Position numbers and translations under genes: made by a program
The notes under the pieces: model-generated
Database searches by the model: none
Told to the model about the DNA's origin: nothing
The model's input: only the letters and a program-made list of their open reading frames with translations
DNA from: an uncultured Chloroflexia bacterium
GTDB lineage: Bacteria > Chloroflexota > Limnocylindria > Limnocylindrales > CSP1-4
Direction: 5' to 3'
Assembly (NCBI GenBank): GCA_963819655.1
Contig: CAWFXA010000002.1
Location: 1,376,001 to 1,440,000, forward strand
DNA: 64,000 nt
Part shown: positions 61,779-64,000 of the stretch, piece after piece
Numbering within the stretch: position 1 is the stretch's first letter
Layout: each line of letters starts with the position of its first letter

Positions 61779-63802
61779 GGGCGTGGCGGTCCGGCCGGCC
61801 TGCGGGAATCGTCCTGCTCGCGGCCGTCGCTGTCGCGGCCACCGGGCTGCTGGGCAGCCCCACCGACGTCCGCGCCGCGACCCCGGACCTCACGATCGTC
61901 GGCGCCGCGCGTTACGACGTCCAGCCGGCGCAGCAGCGGATCCGCGTCACCGTCGATCTCACGCTCACGAATCGGCTGCGCGACACGAAGACCAAGAGGT
62001 ACTTCTTCGATCATGCGTTCCTGGCCGTGCTGCCGGGTGGGAGCGGCTATCGGCTGAGCTGGGCGGGCAGTGGCCAGCCGACGGTGTCCGTCGCGCGCAA
62101 GACCAAGACACACACGCTCCTGCGGCTCAACCTCGCACAGGACCTGAACAGCGGCAGGACCGCCGCGTACCGCCTCACGTTCGATCTCAAGGATCCGGGC
62201 GGCCAGCCGACGCGCGACCTGCGCATCGGCAACACGCTCGTGTCGTTCCCGGTGTGGGCATTTGCGAGCGACGAGACCGCGGGCAGCTCGGTCACCGTGG
62301 TCTTCCCCAAAGGCTATGAGATCGCGGTCGAGGCGGGCCGGATCCCCGCGCCGACGACGGCGAGCGACGGTCGGACGATCTTCCGGAGCGGCGTCCTCTC
62401 CAAGCCCCTCGACTTCTTCGCGTACCTCGTCGGCGACCGTCCGGGTGCCTATACCGATTCGACGGTCGAGACCACCGTGCAGGGCCAGCCGGTCGAGGTC
62501 ATCGTCCGCGCGTGGTCCGACGACAAGCCGTGGGCCCGGAAGGTCGGCCGCCTGCTCGCGACCGCGCTCCCGGCGCTGGGCGCCCGGATCGGCCTGCCGT
62601 GGCCCGACTACGACCAGCCGCTGACCGTGCAGGAGGCCGTCAGCCGGTCGACCGGTGGCTATGCCGGCATCTTCGACCCCTCGGCGGGGACGGTCGCCAT
62701 CGCCTACTACGCGGACGACTTCGTCGTGCTGCACGAGGCGGCGCATGCCTGGTTCAACGGCTCGCTGCTCGCCGACCGCTGGGCGAACGAGGCATTCGCC
62801 TCCTATTACGGCGCGGTCGCCGCCGAGGACGCCAGCATCAAGGTCACGACCGACCGCCTGACGCCCGAGCTCGAAAAGGCGAAGATCCCGCTCAACGACT
62901 GGGCCCCGGTCGGAAGCCTCGAGGTGGCGCAGGAGGACTACGCCTACGCGGCGTCATTCACGCTCGCCAAACAGATCGCCGAGCGCGCCGGACCCGACGG
63001 TCTGCGGGCCGTCTGGGGGGACGTGTCGGATCGGCTCAGCGCCTACCAGCCGGTCGGCGGCGGGGACGAGATCGTGGGCGGCCCGGTCGACTGGCGAGGT
63101 CTGCTCGACCTGCTCGAGGCGCGGAGCGACACGACGTACGACGACCTGTGGAGGACGTGGGTGGCACGGCCCGAGGACCTGCCGCTCCTCGACGCGCGGC
63201 TGGGCGCACGGTCCCGGTACGACGCGTTCCTCGGGGTGGTCGGTGAGTGGGACGTCCCGCTGTCGATCCGCGACGCGATGCGCGCCTGGCGTTTCGAGGA
63301 CGCGACCGCGCTCATCGATGGCGCGGAGGACGTGTTGGCCCTCCGCGGCAGGGTGGAGCGGGCGGCGTCGGCGGCCGGGCTGACCGCGCCGGCCTCCCTG
63401 CGGGAGACGTTCGAGGACGACGACGGCTTTGACGACGCGATCGCCGAGGGCGGCGCCGAGCTCGAGGCGATCGATCGCTACGTGGCCGCGGACGCCGAAC
63501 GTCCGGCGGCGGTGTCGCCGCTCATGACCCTCGGGATGTGGAGCCAGCACCCGGACGCCGACCTGGTCGCGGCGCGGGAGGCATTCGCGCGCGGTGAGCT
63601 GGCCGCATCGGTCGCGGCGTCGGACGCAGCTGCCGCGACGTGGGTGACTGCGGAAACGGTCGGGCAGGGCCGGGCGTTCAGCATCGCGACGATCGTGATC
63701 GCGCTGCTGTTCCTGCTCACGCTGCTGGTCGTGACGGTGAGGCGACGGCGACGGCGACACGTCAGGATGCAGGCGACGCGGCTCCGGACCGGACCAGGAT
63801 GA
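61775..63802 (+). CDS. Surface-anchored gluzincin (M1-like) metallopeptidase
   Basis: Signal peptide, VLHEAAHAWF...WANEAFA (HExxH + E), C-terminal TM followed by RRRRRR. Confidence 0.8.
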   Translation: MRAWRSGRPAGIVLLAAVAVAATGLLGSPTDVRAATPDLTIVGAARYDVQPAQQRIRVTVDLTLTNRLRDTKTKRYFFDHAFLAVLPGGSGYRLSWAGSGQPTVSVARKTKTHTLLRLNLAQDLNSGRTAAYRLTFDLKDPGGQPTRDLRIGNTLVSFPVWAFASDETAGSSVTVVFPKGYEIAVEAGRIPAPTTASDGRTIFRSGVLSKPLDFFAYLVGDRPGAYTDSTVETTVQGQPVEVIVRAWSDDKPWARKVGRLLATALPALGARIGLPWPDYDQPLTVQEAVSRSTGGYAGIFDPSAGTVAIAYYADDFVVLHEAAHAWFNGSLLADRWANEAFASYYGAVAAEDASIKVTTDRLTPELEKAKIPLNDWAPVGSLEVAQEDYAYAASFTLAKQIAERAGPDGLRAVWGDVSDRLSAYQPVGGGDEIVGGPVDWRGLLDLLEARSDTTYDDLWRTWVARPEDLPLLDARLGARSRYDAFLGVVGEWDVPLSIRDAMRAWRFEDATALIDGAEDVLALRGRVERAASAAGLTAPASLRETFEDDDGFDDAIAEGGAELEAIDRYVAADAERPAAVSPLMTLGMWSQHPDADLVAAREAFARGELAASVAASDAAAATWVTAETVGQGRAFSIATIVIALLFLLTLLVVTVRRRRRRHVRMQATRLRTGPG

Positions 63803-64000
63803 GGTCCGCGGCGAAGGGCAGTGTCATGACCACGGAACGGGGACGCCGACTCCGACCGTTGACGATCCTCGCAACGGCGGGCCTGATCGCCGTGGTCGCC
63901 TCGTTCGCGTCGCCTGTCGCCGGGACGGTCAACGCAGCCGACGACTTCCTGCGGCTCGGCGCCGACGCCACCTACCGGGTCGATCCGGGCGATCGACTCG
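63799..64000 (+). CDS. Probable paralogue of preceding peptidase, N-terminus only
   Basis: ATGA overlap; signal peptide then AADDFLRLGADATYRVDP, resembling AATPDLTIVGAARYDVQP of the upstream gene. Confidence 0.6.
   Translation, partial: MRSAAKGSVMTTERGRRLRPLTILATAGLIAVVASFASPVAGTVNAADDFLRLGADATYRVDPGDRL

Overview
High-GC bacterial chromosomal window. Gene style (ECF sigma with a large modular membrane partner, Ala/Ser/Pro-linker lipoproteins) suggests Chloroflexota, possibly Limnocylindria; this is inference only. Many single-base frameshifts in otherwise intact genes point to uncorrected long-read errors. Left to right: an ECF sigma/anti-sigma pair; a broken LuxR/AAA regulator with SDR and hydrolase genes; a leader, terminator, tRNA-His-like RNA and truncated rtcB cassette; an AT-richer defence island (orphan GHKL ATPase, HgiDII/BbrUII-like GHKL restriction enzyme, Vsr, C5 methyltransferase) directly downstream of class II ribonucleotide reductase nrdJ; a complete L-rhamnose cluster; a ROK-regulated amino-sugar ABC/GH3/SIS cluster; an atypical FtsH operon; and housekeeping genes (ccsA, add, pepA, M23 peptidase, glgC, secreted peptidases). 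The best candidate for an undescribed system is two paralogous XRE-HTH + PD-(D/E)XK nuclease genes. Each is abutted by its own family of 32-nt inverted-repeat doublets (about 170-190 nt), and each family recurs as a solo intergenic element of almost the same length elsewhere in the window. This is a REPIN/RAYT-like architecture with a restriction-fold nuclease in place of a HUH transposase. The second candidate is an apparently attenuator-controlled tRNA-mimic plus RtcB RNA-repair cassette.
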